This document shows positions 27,643-38,966 of a DNA stretch of 64,000 nt, one piece after another. Each line of letters starts with the position of its first letter. The first letter of the stretch is position 1. A program made the translations under genes and the position numbers. The stretch comes from Verrucomicrobiota bacterium (GTDB lineage: Bacteria > Verrucomicrobiota > Kiritimatiellia > CAIQIC01 > Lenti-01), in contig JAISGX010000036.1 in assembly GCA_031262805.1 (NCBI GenBank), positions 22,257 to 86,256 on the forward strand, read 5' to 3'. Under the pieces are notes generated by a model, which searched no databases, had not been told where the DNA came from, and was given only the letters and a program-made list of their open reading frames with translations.

Positions 27643-27879
27643 ATGCCGCTTTTTGAGTATAAATGCAAAACCTGCGGCAAGGCCTGTGAGCTGTTGGTTT
27701 CCGGTTTGCGCCGGGCTGTTTGTCCGTCGTGCGGTTCTACACGTCTTGAAAAAAACCTCTCCTCTTTCCATGCGCGGGCCGGGCGGGCGGAAAAACCGCG
27801 TCCGTTCTGTGCCGCCGGGGGTGGATGCCCATCCAACGGAACAGGCTGCGCAGGTGGAGGCTGTCCCCATCTCCAGTAA
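27643..27879 (+). CDS. FmdB-family zinc-ribbon protein
   Basis: MPLFEYKCKTCG...CPSCGS, plus a Gly/Cys-rich tail. Confidence 0.7.
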   Translation: MPLFEYKCKTCGKACELLVSGLRRAVCPSCGSTRLEKNLSSFHARAGRAEKPRPFCAAGGGCPSNGTGCAGGGCPHLQ

Positions 27880-27894
27880 CAAAAATCTAGGAAC

Positions 27895-28845
27895 GTGCCC
27901 ATGAATTCACCCCTTGCCGTCATTGCCATCGGAGGAAACTCGCTCATTACGGATAACACCAAAATGTCCGTGATGGACCAGTATCAAGCCGCTGGCGAAA
28001 CCTCTCATCATATTGCGGCCTTGATCGCCGCCGGCTACCGCGTGGTGGTCACGCATGGCAACGGGCCCCAGGTGGGATTCATCCTGTTGCGTTCCGAACT
28101 GGCCAAGGACAAACTGCATGAAGTCCCCCTTGAAAGCTGCGTGGCGGATACCCAGGGGGCCATTGGCTATCAAATGAGCCAGACGCTGACGAACGAGTTG
28201 CTTCGCCAAGGTCTCCACAAATCCATCGTCACGCTGGTCACCCAAGTCCTAGTGGATCGGAATGATCCGGCTTTCACCCACCCCACCAAACCGATCGGCC
28301 CCTTTTACACAGAGGAAGAAGCCCGGCAATATGAGAAAACCAACGGCTGGGTGCTTCGGGAGGATTCGGGCCGTGGATGGCGCCGGGTGGTGGCTTCTCC
28401 AAAACCAATTAAAATCATCGAGGAAGATATCATCCAGCGCCTGTTGGAACAGGATATCATCGTGATTGCCGTCGGCGGCGGCGGCATCCCTGTGGTGGAA
28501 AATGAAAAAGGGGAATTGGAAGGTCGACCTGCCGTTATCGACAAGGATTTGGCCTCCTGCCTGTTGGCAAAAAAACTGAAGGCGGATTTGTTCATTATTT
28601 CCACCGGCGTGGACAAAGTCTCCATCCATTTCAAAAAGCCGGACCAAAAGGAACTGGACACGCTGAGCGTGGCCGATGCCGAGCGTTATCTAGAAGAAGG
28701 CCAATTTCCTGCGGGAAGCATGGGCCCTAAGATTGAAGCCGCCATTGATTTTCTGAAAAGTGGCGGACGGGAAGTCATCATCACCCAGCCCCACCTGCTG
28801 GAAGACGCCATTGCCGGGAAAAACGGCACACATATCATCCCGTAG
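27895..28845 (+). CDS. arcC: Carbamate kinase
   Basis: AVIAIGGNSL...VVTHGNGPQVG...IAVGGGGIPV, the amino-acid-kinase fold with carbamate kinase motifs. Confidence 0.85.
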   Translation: MPMNSPLAVIAIGGNSLITDNTKMSVMDQYQAAGETSHHIAALIAAGYRVVVTHGNGPQVGFILLRSELAKDKLHEVPLESCVADTQGAIGYQMSQTLTNELLRQGLHKSIVTLVTQVLVDRNDPAFTHPTKPIGPFYTEEEARQYEKTNGWVLREDSGRGWRRVVASPKPIKIIEEDIIQRLLEQDIIVIAVGGGGIPVVENEKGELEGRPAVIDKDLASCLLAKKLKADLFIISTGVDKVSIHFKKPDQKELDTLSVADAERYLEEGQFPAGSMGPKIEAAIDFLKSGGREVIITQPHLLEDAIAGKNGTHIIP

Positions 28846-29204
28846 CCCGGTGGCAGACCTTCTGTCATTCTACGCCACGGTCCTCTTCGTGGGTGGGCGA
28901 ACATATGACCAAATGACGACCCGGGGATCATGGCCATATGGCAAAGGACCAACCATGGTGTTTGCGCCTCATGTTCCACAAAGGGATGGAAACAAATATG
29001 CCAGCCTGTTGGCGGCGAACGTTTTCCCCGTCTGGATTTGGTGAAAGAATTCCAGATTTTCGCCATGTCCATCCTGCGGAGAAACAGCATTTTCCGCTTT
29101 CCGGCCCCCGGGTTCCCGGGGTAATCTGCGAGACTGGATGCCCCCTTCCGCTTGGATGGGACGCCAGCGGGCATGAGCTCCGACATGGCGTAGCCAAGAG
29201 CGAA

Positions 29205-29236
29205 AACCCCAAAAAACCGAAGCCGGAAGGCTTCGG
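29205..29236 (-). terminator. Terminator immediately 3' of tRNA-Lys
   Basis: Minus strand: CCGAAGCC-TTCC-GGCTTCGG followed by TTTTTTGGGGTTTT. Confidence 0.75.
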
Positions 29237-29241
29237 AGAAA

Positions 29242-29317
29242 TGGTGAGACGGGTGGGGCTCGAACCCACGACCCCAAGCTTAAAAGGCTCGTGCTCTACC
29301 GACTGAGCTACCGTCCC
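29242..29317 (-). tRNA. tRNA-Lys (anticodon TTT)
   Basis: Reverse complement GGGACGGTAGCTCAGTCGGTAGAGCACGAGCCTTTTAAGCTTGGGGTCGTGGGTTCGAGCCCCACCCGTCTCACCA. Anticodon loop CTTTTAA, encoded CCA. Confidence 0.9.
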
Positions 29318-29395
29318 ACGACTTTCGATTAACGAAAATCTTTGCCGTTCTACGCCACTTTCCTGTTGCACACAAGCAAAAAGCGGGGAAAGGAA

Positions 29396-30985
29396 TCAGT
29401 TACGCTTCCATTTTCGAGGCGCCGCACGATGCACCACCACATTCGTTCCCGGCACAATCTGAAGATCGGCATGCTTCTGAACATACCGAATCACCATATC
29501 CCGCGTTGTTTCCTCCATCATCCCCAAGCGGGCCACCGGCTGGTTGACGGCCTTCACCAATTCTGGAAAGCGTCCGCCGCCACCAGCAAGCTGGTAACTG
29601 TTCATGGCGGTTTTGATTCTCCGGCGCCCATGAATAGGCGTGCCGTCCGCGGCACGAATGTTCCGGATGCGTTTTCCGTGCGGCGCATAAGGATGGATTT
29701 CATAACGAAGTCCCCAAGCCGACATATACCGGTGCCCGCCCAAATGGTCGGCGGCTTCTTCCAGAATCCTCTGGAGATCGGACACCTGGAGCCAGGCACA
29801 ACCAATGGTGTTTTCATAGGGAACGAGTCGCCAAATGTCGGAAATCCGGATGTCGCCGGGTTGAATTCCCTGGTTGGAGAAGACGCCATGGAGCACAACT
29901 TCTGCTTCGGTGGCATCGGCAATCGAACGACACAGTAGCTGGTGAACCGGGCTCAACCCCGGAATGGCCGGGGACGCCGTCAGCGGCAGCAAGGTCTTCC
30001 CAATGATGGAATCCATCCAGAGATCCGCCCGTCGGATATCCTCCGCCACCAACGCGGAGAGGGCTGGATCCTCCGGCACATCCGGGGAAACCGGCAAAAA
30101 AGTGAATTGCTTGTCCACCACCTCCTTCCGGGTGGTGTCATATGTCAAATCCATGCGGAGCACGCCCTGGGCATCCGCTCCAGCTTGGGCATAATCCACC
30201 CTCCCTACATGGGCACCGGGCAACACCCAATGCAAATGGCCGCCCAATACCGCATCAAACTCTCCAAAGCGCCTGCAAATGGCGTTGATTTCGTTTGCCG
30301 CATCATCTTTGGACAGAAGACCCTGATGAACCAACAGGATCAGGATATGGGGATCTTGCTTCCGTATCTCCGGCAGAATCCGCTCCAATGCACTCCGAGA
30401 ATCCATTGCCGCCACGTCATGCTCCGGCAGGTCCCTGAACCAGTTATGCAGGTTGGGCGTCGTCAACCCCACCACCGCCACCCGCAATCCACCCACTTCC
30501 TTCATCACATAGGGCTGGATCCGGCGGAAACCGTCTGGTGATCGGGGCCCGATCCGTAGATTGGCGGCAAGAGGCACCGCCACCATTTGGCCTAAAAAAT
30601 TCCCCAAGGGGGCAACGCCCCAATCGAATTCATGGTTGCCGACGGCAACGGCGTCGTACCCCAGCGCGTTCATGGCTTTGCTCATAACCATGCCCTGGGT
30701 CAGATAGCTCTCCGCTGTTCCTTGAAACACGTCTCCGCAATCCAGCAACAGGGTATTGGCATTCTCCATGCGGACCCGGCGAATCAGGGTGGCGCACTGC
30801 AGAAGGGAGCCGACCTGTTTTCCGGCATAGCGCTCTGGAGCATGCCGAATAGCGCCATGCATATCGGTTGTATTCAGAATGCTCAGATGGATCGTCCGGG
30901 CCTGCACTGGAAGCAACACGACATATAGGCCGCCGAACAGAAAAAGCCTGCGCAGGCATCCACGCAGGCTCTTGTTGGTTTGCAT
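29396..30985 (-). CDS. Secreted bifunctional metallophosphatase / 5'-nucleotidase (UshA-like)
   Basis: Signal peptide MQTNKSLRGCLRRLFLFGGLYVVLLPVQA, then DMHG, GDVFQG, VGNHEFD metallophosphoesterase motifs and a C-terminal 5'-NT domain. Start set at 30985. The table ORF start (31105) would overlap clpX by ~109 nt. Confidence 0.8.
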   Translation of the reverse strand: MQTNKSLRGCLRRLFLFGGLYVVLLPVQARTIHLSILNTTDMHGAIRHAPERYAGKQVGSLLQCATLIRRVRMENANTLLLDCGDVFQGTAESYLTQGMVMSKAMNALGYDAVAVGNHEFDWGVAPLGNFLGQMVAVPLAANLRIGPRSPDGFRRIQPYVMKEVGGLRVAVVGLTTPNLHNWFRDLPEHDVAAMDSRSALERILPEIRKQDPHILILLVHQGLLSKDDAANEINAICRRFGEFDAVLGGHLHWVLPGAHVGRVDYAQAGADAQGVLRMDLTYDTTRKEVVDKQFTFLPVSPDVPEDPALSALVAEDIRRADLWMDSIIGKTLLPLTASPAIPGLSPVHQLLCRSIADATEAEVVLHGVFSNQGIQPGDIRISDIWRLVPYENTIGCAWLQVSDLQRILEEAADHLGGHRYMSAWGLRYEIHPYAPHGKRIRNIRAADGTPIHGRRRIKTAMNSYQLAGGGGRFPELVKAVNQPVARLGMMEETTRDMVIRYVQKHADLQIVPGTNVVVHRAAPRKWKRN

Positions 30986-30996
30986 CCCCGGCATCT

Positions 30997-32310
30997 CTAA
31001 TCCATTGCTTCCAACCGCTTTGGCGATGTTTTGGCGGGCCGCTTCGGCGGAGGCGCCGCCAACATGCCTTGATGGTCGCGAACCATGGTATCCGTAATCA
31101 GGCACGTGCCGCCTTTCGGCTGCCGGGGCGCATCATACATTACATCCAGCATCAGGTTTTCCAGCAGCGAGCGGAGTCCCCGTGCGCCGGTCTGGCGTTG
31201 AACCGCTTCCCGCGCCAATTCACGGAGGGCTTTGGGTGTAAACGCCAGATCGATCTGCTCCATGCGCAACAGTTTCTGATACTGCCGGATCATGGCATTT
31301 TTCGGTTCAGTCAAAATCCGTACCAAATCCTCTTCCGAAAGGGCATCCAACGTCGCCACGACGGGAAGGCGACCGACGAATTCAGGAATCAGGCCGAATT
31401 TCACCAAATCATTGGGTTCCACCTGGGGCCGGGGCATCTCTTTTTCCCGGGGTGTCCGATCCGGGGTGCTTTCAAAACCCATCACGCCTTTACCCACCCG
31501 GCGCTTCAGAATGTCGTCCAACCCGACGAAGGCACCACCGCAAATAAACAAAATGTTTTCGGTGTTGATTTGCAGCATTTCCTGCTGGGGATGCTTCCGT
31601 CCGCCTTGAGGCGGCACACTGGCCACGGTGCCTTCGAGGATTTTCAACAGCCCCTGCTGAACGCCTTCCCCGGAAACATCCCGTGTGATGGAAACATTTT
31701 CCATCCGCCGGGCAATTTTATCGATTTCATCAATATACACGATGCCGATTTCCGCCCGGGCAATATCGCCGTCTGCAGCACGGATCAACCGGAGCAGCAC
31801 ATTCTCCACATCCTCCCCGACATAGCCGGCTTCAGTAATGGTCGTGGCATCGGAAATGCTGAAGGGAACATCCAGAATCCGGGCTAGGGTTCGCGCCAGC
31901 AACGTCTTGCCGCTTCCCGTGGGCCCCAGAATCAAAATGTTGCTTTTGTCCAGCTCCACGTCGTCTGCGTCCGTTTCACCGGTCTTTCCGGCCACCCGGG
32001 ACTTCACCCGCTTGTAGTGGTTGTGTACGGCAACCGACAACACCTTTTTGACATAGTCCTGGCCGACCACATATTCATCCAGCTTCTCCTTGATTTCATG
32101 CGGTCTGGGCACGTCCAGACGGCACACGGCGTCCGCCGGATCCGGAGTCTGGAGCGCTTCCGCACGCTGGAGAACGCTATTGCAGATGGCAACACAATCG
32201 TTGCAGATGTACAGCCCATCCGGTCCGGCAACCATGCCTTTCACGGTCTCCCGGGGCTGCCCGCAAAAAGAGCACCGGTCGCCATTCGACATATTTTTCT
32301 TCCCGGACAT
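30997..32310 (-). CDS. clpX: ATP-dependent Clp protease ATP-binding subunit ClpX
   Basis: C4 zinc finger CSFCGQ...CNDC, Walker [12 protein letters not shown]+ fold. Confidence 0.95.
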   Translation of the reverse strand: MSGKKNMSNGDRCSFCGQPRETVKGMVAGPDGLYICNDCVAICNSVLQRAEALQTPDPADAVCRLDVPRPHEIKEKLDEYVVGQDYVKKVLSVAVHNHYKRVKSRVAGKTGETDADDVELDKSNILILGPTGSGKTLLARTLARILDVPFSISDATTITEAGYVGEDVENVLLRLIRAADGDIARAEIGIVYIDEIDKIARRMENVSITRDVSGEGVQQGLLKILEGTVASVPPQGGRKHPQQEMLQINTENILFICGGAFVGLDDILKRRVGKGVMGFESTPDRTPREKEMPRPQVEPNDLVKFGLIPEFVGRLPVVATLDALSEEDLVRILTEPKNAMIRQYQKLLRMEQIDLAFTPKALRELAREAVQRQTGARGLRSLLENLMLDVMYDAPRQPKGGTCLITDTMVRDHQGMLAAPPPKRPAKTSPKRLEAMD

Positions 32311-32312
32311 GC

Positions 32313-32921
32313 TTACGCTTTTTGAGGCGCCGGATTCAACACATCATCCACCAGGCCGTACGTTGCGGCATCCGCCGCCGACATAAAGAAATCGCGATCG
32401 GTATCCCGGGTGATTTCTTTTACGGACCTGCCGGTATGTTTGGCCAACAGTTCGTTCAAGTAGCTCTTCAGACGCAGGATTTCCTGAGCCTGAATATGGA
32501 TATCGCTAGCAGTCCCCTGGGCGCCGCCCCACGGCTGGTGGATCATGATCCGGGCGCCGGGCAGGGCATGGCGCTTGCCTTTGGTTCCCGCCGCCAGCAG
32601 GACAGAAGCCATGCTGGCCGCCTGGCCGATGCAATAGGTCACCACATCGCACTTTAAAAACTGCATGGTATCGTAAATCGCCAATCCCGCCGTCACGGAA
32701 CCGCCGGGGGAATGGATGTAAATGCTTACATCCTTGCTGGAATCCTCACTCTGGAGGAACAAGAGCTGGGCAACCACCAGATTGGCCAGATCATCACTGA
32801 TTTCCGATCCAATGAACACAATCCGCTCCTTGAGCAGGCGGGAATAAATATCATACGAGCGTTCCCCGCGGCCGGTCTGTTCAATCACCATCGGAATTAA
32901 ATAAGATTTTTCTACACTCAT
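32313..32921 (-). CDS. clpP: ATP-dependent Clp protease proteolytic subunit
   Basis: Ser-His-Asp region: [20 protein letters not shown]. Confidence 0.95.
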   Translation of the reverse strand: MSVEKSYLIPMVIEQTGRGERSYDIYSRLLKERIVFIGSEISDDLANLVVAQLLFLQSEDSSKDVSIYIHSPGGSVTAGLAIYDTMQFLKCDVVTYCIGQAASMASVLLAAGTKGKRHALPGARIMIHQPWGGAQGTASDIHIQAQEILRLKSYLNELLAKHTGRSVKEITRDTDRDFFMSAADAATYGLVDDVLNPAPQKA

Positions 32922-34276
32922 TCTGCTTTTTCCTTCTTTTCTTCTGTTTTGGGCGGTTCAGCACCATCACCCGTCAGCGTGGCATTTTCCAGCAAGAAGG
33001 CGACCGTCTTGTCCGACTGCAAGTCCTTTCGAAGGGCATTGCGCATCTCCACTTCCTTGCGCTTGATGTGCTTGAGCCAATCCTTCACAGACATATTGGC
33101 CTGTTGGGCATGCGCCTGCAACAGGGCAGAAACGTCGACATCCGACACGCTGATGTTCTCCTTTTTGGCAATGGCACGGAGCAAATAGCGCAGTTTGACG
33201 CGATCCGCCGCCGCTGTTTTCGCCGACTCGGTAATCTTAGGCAAGTTATCACGAATTTCTTTTTCTTCCACTCCACGGCGAACGTTTTCGTTCACCATCT
33301 CATAGATCATATGGTTGGTTTCATCCTGAACTTCGGATTCGGGGACGTCCATCTGGACGCTGTTGCGTAATTTATCCAGCAATTCCATCCGGCGGCGGGA
33401 GGCTTCGGTCCTTTCCGCTTCGCGCTGCAACATCCCTTTGAACACCTCGCGGAGTTCCGCCTCATCCTTCACATCCATGGATTTGAAGAAGGCTTCGTCC
33501 ATCACCGGTTTCTGGCGAGCGCGAATTTTTTTGACAGTGGTGGAAAACACGGCGGTTTTATCCCGCAACTCTTCAATGGGCCCCTTCTCGTTGAAAGTGA
33601 TGGAGATCTCTTTGGAATCGCCCACCTTCAGGCCGATCAACTGGGGGCCGAATTCCGGCAGGAAGGAATACTCCTGATTGGCAATCACCCAAAAATCCCG
33701 GCCCTCTCCCAGGCTTTTGGCTTTTTCGGAAAATGCCGCCATCGGCTGCCCATCCACCGTGGCGGTGTAATCCACCGCCACCATATCGTTCTGCTGAACC
33801 GGACGGTCTTCCTCAATATCCAGATATTTCCCCATCCCTTCGAGATACCGGTCCAGAGCCTGGGTGACGGCGTCGTCGGAAACCTCCACTTTTTTGGCTT
33901 CCACGGAGATGCCTTTGTAGATAGGCAACTCGAATTCAGGCGCCACATCCATTGTCAGGGAAAACGAATAGGGCTCGTCGGCCTTCACATCAGACTGCTG
34001 CAGATCCATTTCCGCCACACTCTCAAAGTGGTACTCCTTGAGAGCCTGGTGATATCCCTTGGCCAGCAGGTGGTCCCGAAGAGCGGACAAAATGTCCTTG
34101 TCATATTGGCGGCGGATCATTTCCACGGGCGCACGACCAGGACGAAATCCCTTGATTCTGGCCTGCTTGGCATACACCGCCAGGGATTCATCGTATTCCT
34201 GCCGGACCTCTTGCGCAGAGAACTCCACCTTCAACCTCCGGCGACTGGGGCCCACATTGTCAAACGTCACATTCAT
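32918..34276 (-). CDS. tig: Trigger factor
   Basis: [19 protein letters not shown]... N-domain with the GFRPGRAP ribosome-binding signature, central PPIase and C-terminal domains. Start at MNV (34276). Confidence 0.9.
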   Translation of the reverse strand: MNVTFDNVGPSRRRLKVEFSAQEVRQEYDESLAVYAKQARIKGFRPGRAPVEMIRRQYDKDILSALRDHLLAKGYHQALKEYHFESVAEMDLQQSDVKADEPYSFSLTMDVAPEFELPIYKGISVEAKKVEVSDDAVTQALDRYLEGMGKYLDIEEDRPVQQNDMVAVDYTATVDGQPMAAFSEKAKSLGEGRDFWVIANQEYSFLPEFGPQLIGLKVGDSKEISITFNEKGPIEELRDKTAVFSTTVKKIRARQKPVMDEAFFKSMDVKDEAELREVFKGMLQREAERTEASRRRMELLDKLRNSVQMDVPESEVQDETNHMIYEMVNENVRRGVEEKEIRDNLPKITESAKTAAADRVKLRYLLRAIAKKENISVSDVDVSALLQAHAQQANMSVKDWLKHIKRKEVEMRNALRKDLQSDKTVAFLLENATLTGDGAEPPKTEEKKEKAE

Positions 34277-34597
34277 GAAAACAATCCTTTCGATACTATA
34301 GGGAAACGGTTGGAAACCATACCCGGCCACCTCCCCCCGGTCAAGCGAACAGCACCGTTTGAGAAAGGCCGCACAGCCCGCGGGCGCCTTTGATTTTCCT
34401 GTGCTCTCCCCCTTGGCGGATGCCGGAGCCGGACCAGGCCGACAAAAAGGCCCGTCTCCGGCGGCAACACCCTTTCTTCTCTATCCGGAGCGGGCATCTC
34501 CTTGTGCCGGAACAGGATTCATTCGAAAAATACGGAAAGCCAAGAGGGCGCACCCGGATTTGCCTATCGATTCATACGGATGAGCCAACGGGTCCTG

Positions 34598-34632
34598 ACA
34601 CAAAACAGCCGGCAGGAAATCCCTGCCGGCTG
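34598..34632 (-). terminator. Rho-independent terminator after the giant caspase-domain gene
   Basis: Minus strand: CAGCCGGCAGG-GATTTC-CTGCCGGCTG (11-bp stem) followed by TTTTGTGT. Confidence 0.7.
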
Positions 34633-34654
34633 TCCGAGAAACAAGGCCTGTTTT

Positions 34655-37600
34655 CTATTCCACGCCGCCGATTCGGTATATCTGCATGGGGCTGGAGCCG
34701 AAATCAATGCTCAGCGTGCCGCCAGAGAAACTCCATTCGCTGGAGGGCAGTTCCACCCAATTCCACTCATTCTCCACCAAGCCATTCGCACCAAAAATGC
34801 GGATTTCGGCCGTGTCCTCCACAGCCAGCGCAAAGCTGAATTCTCCTGCCGTGACATCGATGGTGATGTCGCCGATTTCCACTTGTTCCGGAGCGCCGGC
34901 GCCCAATGTGGTAACAGAAACGACTTGCGACCATAACCCGCTGGCATTGTCGCACACCCGGACATAATAGGTGGTTGCGGCATCCAACTCCGGCACCCGG
35001 TGGCTCAATGCCGGGGTGGTGGCATCCAAGACCAAGGAGCTTTCTGCGTCTGTTTCGATGCCCGTCAGGACTAGGGAGGCAAATCCGGCCCCACGGCCAC
35101 TGCCGGCATACGGACATGTCCATTTCACACAGACTTCCGCTTCGCCGACATAGGCCGAGAGATCCACTTCCGCCACGGCAGCCAAGCTACTGTTCACGGG
35201 GGTCCGGGTGGCCGCGCCTTCCCATGTCAATCCGCCATCGGTCGAGATGGAGATTTGGATGACCGGGATGTCCCCGGTCGCGCCGCCATAGGTGCGAGCA
35301 CGAAAATTCAAGGCTAATGAGGTATAGCTTTCCGTTGAGAAGACTTCCGACTGCACATATTGGGCATCGTTCGTCAGGAGCAGATACTTCGCCGTCGTTC
35401 CAATCGCATAGATCCATCCGGCAGGTGCAACAGCCGGATTGGTGGCGACATTGTTGAATAGCGTACGTTCATCCCCGTTTCCGGCGCTGCTGAACCGGTC
35501 GTCCAGCGCGACTTGAATCCGGTACGCCTCCGCACCCGTCACCGCCGTCCATTCCGCCGTGAAGGCATTGCTGGCCACGCCGCTCGTCGTCACGGTGGGA
35601 ATATAGACGGGGGCGGCGCTCACCACGACCGTCAAGGTGGCTGAAGCCGAACCGGACGAGTTGACGGCCGAGAAATCGAAGGTGAAGGTGCCGATTTCCG
35701 ATGGAATGAACAACAGCTGTCCCTCTTCAAATAGGTAGTCATCCGCATTTGCCGTGCTGTTGGTCAGGGAAAGGACCGGGGTGGGAGACCCGGAAACAGC
35801 CGAGGCAATATCCATGTCCACAGATCCATCCAGCGTGATGCTCTGGGCGGGCAGAGAGGCAAACGCGGGAGCCGCAGGACCATCCGTTGTAGTGACGTCC
35901 ACTGGTTCGGACCATTCGCTGAAGAGCGAACTTCCGCCCACCACACGCAAGGCTAGGGTGTATTCCGTCAGCGGCGCCAAGCCTTCCACCGTATAGGTGA
36001 TGACATCGCCCACATCTTTCGGATATCCAGCCAGCCGTTCTCCTTCCAAGGCTGGCGCACGCGCACGGCTTGTGCTTGAAATCGTGACATCATCCAGATA
36101 AAACCGCTTCCGGTTGGCTTGGCCATCCAACTTAATGGATGTCGTGGCCGTGCAACCCGACAAGACAAGAGTATAGATCTCATTCGCGCCCAGCGTGATA
36201 TTCGTCACGGCAACGGCATACGAACCCGATCCGTCCGTATCCATCGTCACCGCCAAAATGGTGCTGTCCGACCCATACTGTTCCGCCGCAAATTCCATCA
36301 CGGCAGAACCCCCGGAAATATCCAGCGGCGGCGTTGCAATCCAGCCCGGACCTCCCGAGGCTCCCAGTTTGGCCCGGCCACCGCCGGTATACACACGACT
36401 GCCGGTCCAGCCGGGTGTTTCCGTATAGTCATTGAGCAAAGCATTGATATCCGCAGTTCCGTCCGAACCGCCTTCAACGCCAAACGCACTGAAGTCTTCC
36501 GTCAACAGCGTGGCGCCGGGCGAAGGCGAACTGCCGCCGACCACTACATCCAATTCATAGCTGACGGCACCGGCAAGCGCCGACCATGCCACCACCACTT
36601 CATCACTGCCGGTGGAAACCACCCGAAGCTCAGGAACGGCCAATTCCGCCGTCACCACAAAAGCGACAGAATTCCCCGCCCCCTGGGCATCGTCCGAAGC
36701 GGTGAAGGTGAAGGTGAAGACGCCTGCCGCAGCCGGGGTGAACGTGAAAAGTCCATCCGAAGTCAAATTCCACAGATCGCCGGACGCGTCCGTGGCACAA
36801 TCCAGCGTCACGGCATCCCCATCCGGCTCGCTCCACGAGAGCTGAACGGGGGTGATGGCGACTCCCACGGTCGTGGTCTGGGCGGACACATTCGCCAGCG
36901 TCGGCGGAGAGTTCGGCTCCTGTATGGTGCCAACCTGGCAGACAGCCGAATAAGGACCTGCCGCATTCCCAACGGCACGAACACGGAAATAATAAGTGGA
37001 ATTAACGTCCAACCCGGTCACGGAATAGCTCGTTGCGGCGACCTGCTCGCCGTTGAGGATCAGCGTGTTTCCGCCTGCGGACTGGCGGCCGGTGACCGCC
37101 AAGCGGCGCAACCGGATGCCGGCCGAACCATCCGCAACCCGGCAATGCCATTTGATTCGAACATCCGCCTGTCCCAACGCTTCGGCCGGCAAGGCCATCG
37201 ACTGCGTCACATAGGAGCTGGAGCTGGCGCTGAGATCCGTATTCACGACCATCCAGTCGCCGCCGGCAATGGAATAGGAAACAGTCAATTCATTTGCACT
37301 GGCCCCGCCGAATGTCGCCACCTGATATGCCACCGTCGCTTCCAGATGGTTCAAGGTGGAGAAGGAGGGGCTCACCACGCCTGGATTATTGCCGCTCACC
37401 AGTTTATGATAGGCGCTAGATCCTGAACCGGCTTGTTCTGCGCCATCCACATAGGACCACCCCTCTGAGCTGGCCACCCCGTCATTGGCCACCTCCACAA
37501 TCGTCTCTTCTTCACCGGAACCTCCTGGAGAGAAGGAGGCCTCCGTCGCCACATCCAAAAGATAGCTTTGAGCCCCGGCCACGGCATCCCAATTGGCCGT

Positions 37601-38815
37601 AAAAAAGCTTTCGCCGATGCTGGATGCCGTTAGGTTGGTGGGAGCGGCCACGGAGGCGGCCACGGACAACGTGGCCCGGCCATCGGTCCGAGCGCTTGAA
37701 TTGGTCGCCACAAAAGTAAAACTATAGGCGCCATCCGTCGTTGGAGTAAACGAGAGCTGGTTACCGGAAAAGGAGTAGCTCGTTGCGGGAGCCGTGGAAG
37801 AATCGATCTGGATGACAATCGCACCGGAGCTTCCATCCGAATTGGTGGCCACCACTGGATATGCCAAGGTCTGGCCCACCGTCATCGTCTGCGGCTCCAT
37901 AGGGGCAAAGCGGATCCCGGCGGGTTCTTCCTCCCCGACCCAACCGGCAACGGTAGCCAGCAACACATTGGTGTTGAAGCACTGCGCGTCGGTCTTATCC
38001 TCGCCCTCGCCAAACCCAACGGCAATATCCTTGGCATAATTCCACAACTCGTAAAAATCAGCATAGCCATCCTGATTTCCGTAGGTGGCATTATCGCACA
38101 AACCCCTCTGCCAGCCATCAATCACCGCTTCTGTAAATTCGCCGCCGGTATCTCCATCCCATGAATATTGATTATAATCCGCCGCCGTGACCCAGCCGAT
38201 TTCACTGGAAGAAACGCGGGCTCCCACATCCTTGGCTCCGGCCAAAATTTTTGCCCGGCGTTGCTCATCCATCAGCTGGGAAACCCGTTCGGCCAGCATC
38301 CACTTCGTATTCTCCGAACGGCTCACGCGGGAGCCCTCTTTCACCGACTTGAACAACCCGCCGGAGTTACAGGCATCCACCATCACCACCACCCGGACCC
38401 CGGTACGGAACTGAGACAGATCCGCCGCCAGCTCCGTGTCATCATAATCCGCATTGTAGGAGCACAATCCCACGCTGGTTCCGGAAATTTGATAGCCGTG
38501 GCTGGAATGGAAATAGAAAAATACGTCTCCCGCCACCGCCGTGGACGCATAGGACGAGATGGCTGAACGAATCGCGGATTTGGTGCCGCTGGAATTCAAC
38601 AGCTTCGTAACCGTCCCGGCGGTCCACTCTCCGCGCTGAAGGGTATTGGTATAGATGCTGTTGGCATCCGGAACACACCCAGAGAGATCGTTGTTTTGAA
38701 TATACGAGCTGCTATAGGTATTCAAGCCGACATAGACACCGTAATTTGCTCCCCACCCTGTACACAGACAAACCGTGAACAACCCCAGTAAGCCGACAAA
38801 CATTTTCTTCTTCAT
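34655..38815 (-). CDS. Secreted ~1387-aa protein: N-terminal caspase-family (C14-like) peptidase domain followed by many FN3/Ig-like beta-sandwich repeats
   Basis: Signal peptide MKKKMFVGLLGLFTVCLCTGWG. Caspase His/Cys dyad context YVGLNTY...FFYFHSSHGYQ...VVVMVDACNSGG. Repeated FN3-like modules (PTNLTASSIGESFFTANWDAVAGAQSYLLDV, VPELRVVSTGSDEVVVAWSALAGAVSYELDV, and similar). Start at 38815 rather than the longer table ORF. Confidence 0.7.
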   Translation of the reverse strand: MKKKMFVGLLGLFTVCLCTGWGANYGVYVGLNTYSSSYIQNNDLSGCVPDANSIYTNTLQRGEWTAGTVTKLLNSSGTKSAIRSAISSYASTAVAGDVFFYFHSSHGYQISGTSVGLCSYNADYDDTELAADLSQFRTGVRVVVMVDACNSGGLFKSVKEGSRVSRSENTKWMLAERVSQLMDEQRRAKILAGAKDVGARVSSSEIGWVTAADYNQYSWDGDTGGEFTEAVIDGWQRGLCDNATYGNQDGYADFYELWNYAKDIAVGFGEGEDKTDAQCFNTNVLLATVAGWVGEEEPAGIRFAPMEPQTMTVGQTLAYPVVATNSDGSSGAIVIQIDSSTAPATSYSFSGNQLSFTPTTDGAYSFTFVATNSSARTDGRATLSVAASVAAPTNLTASSIGESFFTANWDAVAGAQSYLLDVATEASFSPGGSGEEETIVEVANDGVASSEGWSYVDGAEQAGSGSSAYHKLVSGNNPGVVSPSFSTLNHLEATVAYQVATFGGASANELTVSYSIAGGDWMVVNTDLSASSSSYVTQSMALPAEALGQADVRIKWHCRVADGSAGIRLRRLAVTGRQSAGGNTLILNGEQVAATSYSVTGLDVNSTYYFRVRAVGNAAGPYSAVCQVGTIQEPNSPPTLANVSAQTTTVGVAITPVQLSWSEPDGDAVTLDCATDASGDLWNLTSDGLFTFTPAAAGVFTFTFTASDDAQGAGNSVAFVVTAELAVPELRVVSTGSDEVVVAWSALAGAVSYELDVVVGGSSPSPGATLLTEDFSAFGVEGGSDGTADINALLNDYTETPGWTGSRVYTGGGRAKLGASGGPGWIATPPLDISGGSAVMEFAAEQYGSDSTILAVTMDTDGSGSYAVAVTNITLGANEIYTLVLSGCTATTSIKLDGQANRKRFYLDDVTISSTSRARAPALEGERLAGYPKDVGDVITYTVEGLAPLTEYTLALRVVGGSSLFSEWSEPVDVTTTDGPAAPAFASLPAQSITLDGSVDMDIASAVSGSPTPVLSLTNSTANADDYLFEEGQLLFIPSEIGTFTFDFSAVNSSGSASATLTVVVSAAPVYIPTVTTSGVASNAFTAEWTAVTGAEAYRIQVALDDRFSSAGNGDERTLFNNVATNPAVAPAGWIYAIGTTAKYLLLTNDAQYVQSEVFSTESYTSLALNFRARTYGGATGDIPVIQISISTDGGLTWEGAATRTPVNSSLAAVAEVDLSAYVGEAEVCVKWTCPYAGSGRGAGFASLVLTGIETDAESSLVLDATTPALSHRVPELDAATTYYVRVCDNASGLWSQVVSVTTLGAGAPEQVEIGDITIDVTAGEFSFALAVEDTAEIRIFGANGLVENEWNWVELPSSEWSFSGGTLSIDFGSSPMQIYRIGGVE

Positions 38816-38966
38816 GTCTCCACATCTCTTTCTGTTGGCACCTATCCAATCGAATAAACAATACACCTTCCACCCAAGGAAACCAAAAGAAAAAGAAATG
38901 GGCGGCTTGAATCGTTCTACGGATCCCATGGAAAAAGAATTTCCGCTTGCACCCTATTGGGGTGAA

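Noticed and set aside
29396-31105. Longer 5'-nucleotidase ORF starting at 31105
   Set aside because: It would overlap the clpX C-terminus by ~109 nt. The internal Met at 30985 is followed by a canonical signal peptide and leaves an 11-nt spacer after clpX.
36119-37426. 435-aa plus-strand ORF inside the giant caspase-domain gene
   Set aside because: It is antisense to a continuous 1387-codon ORF with a signal peptide and repeated FN3 modules. It has no motifs of its own.
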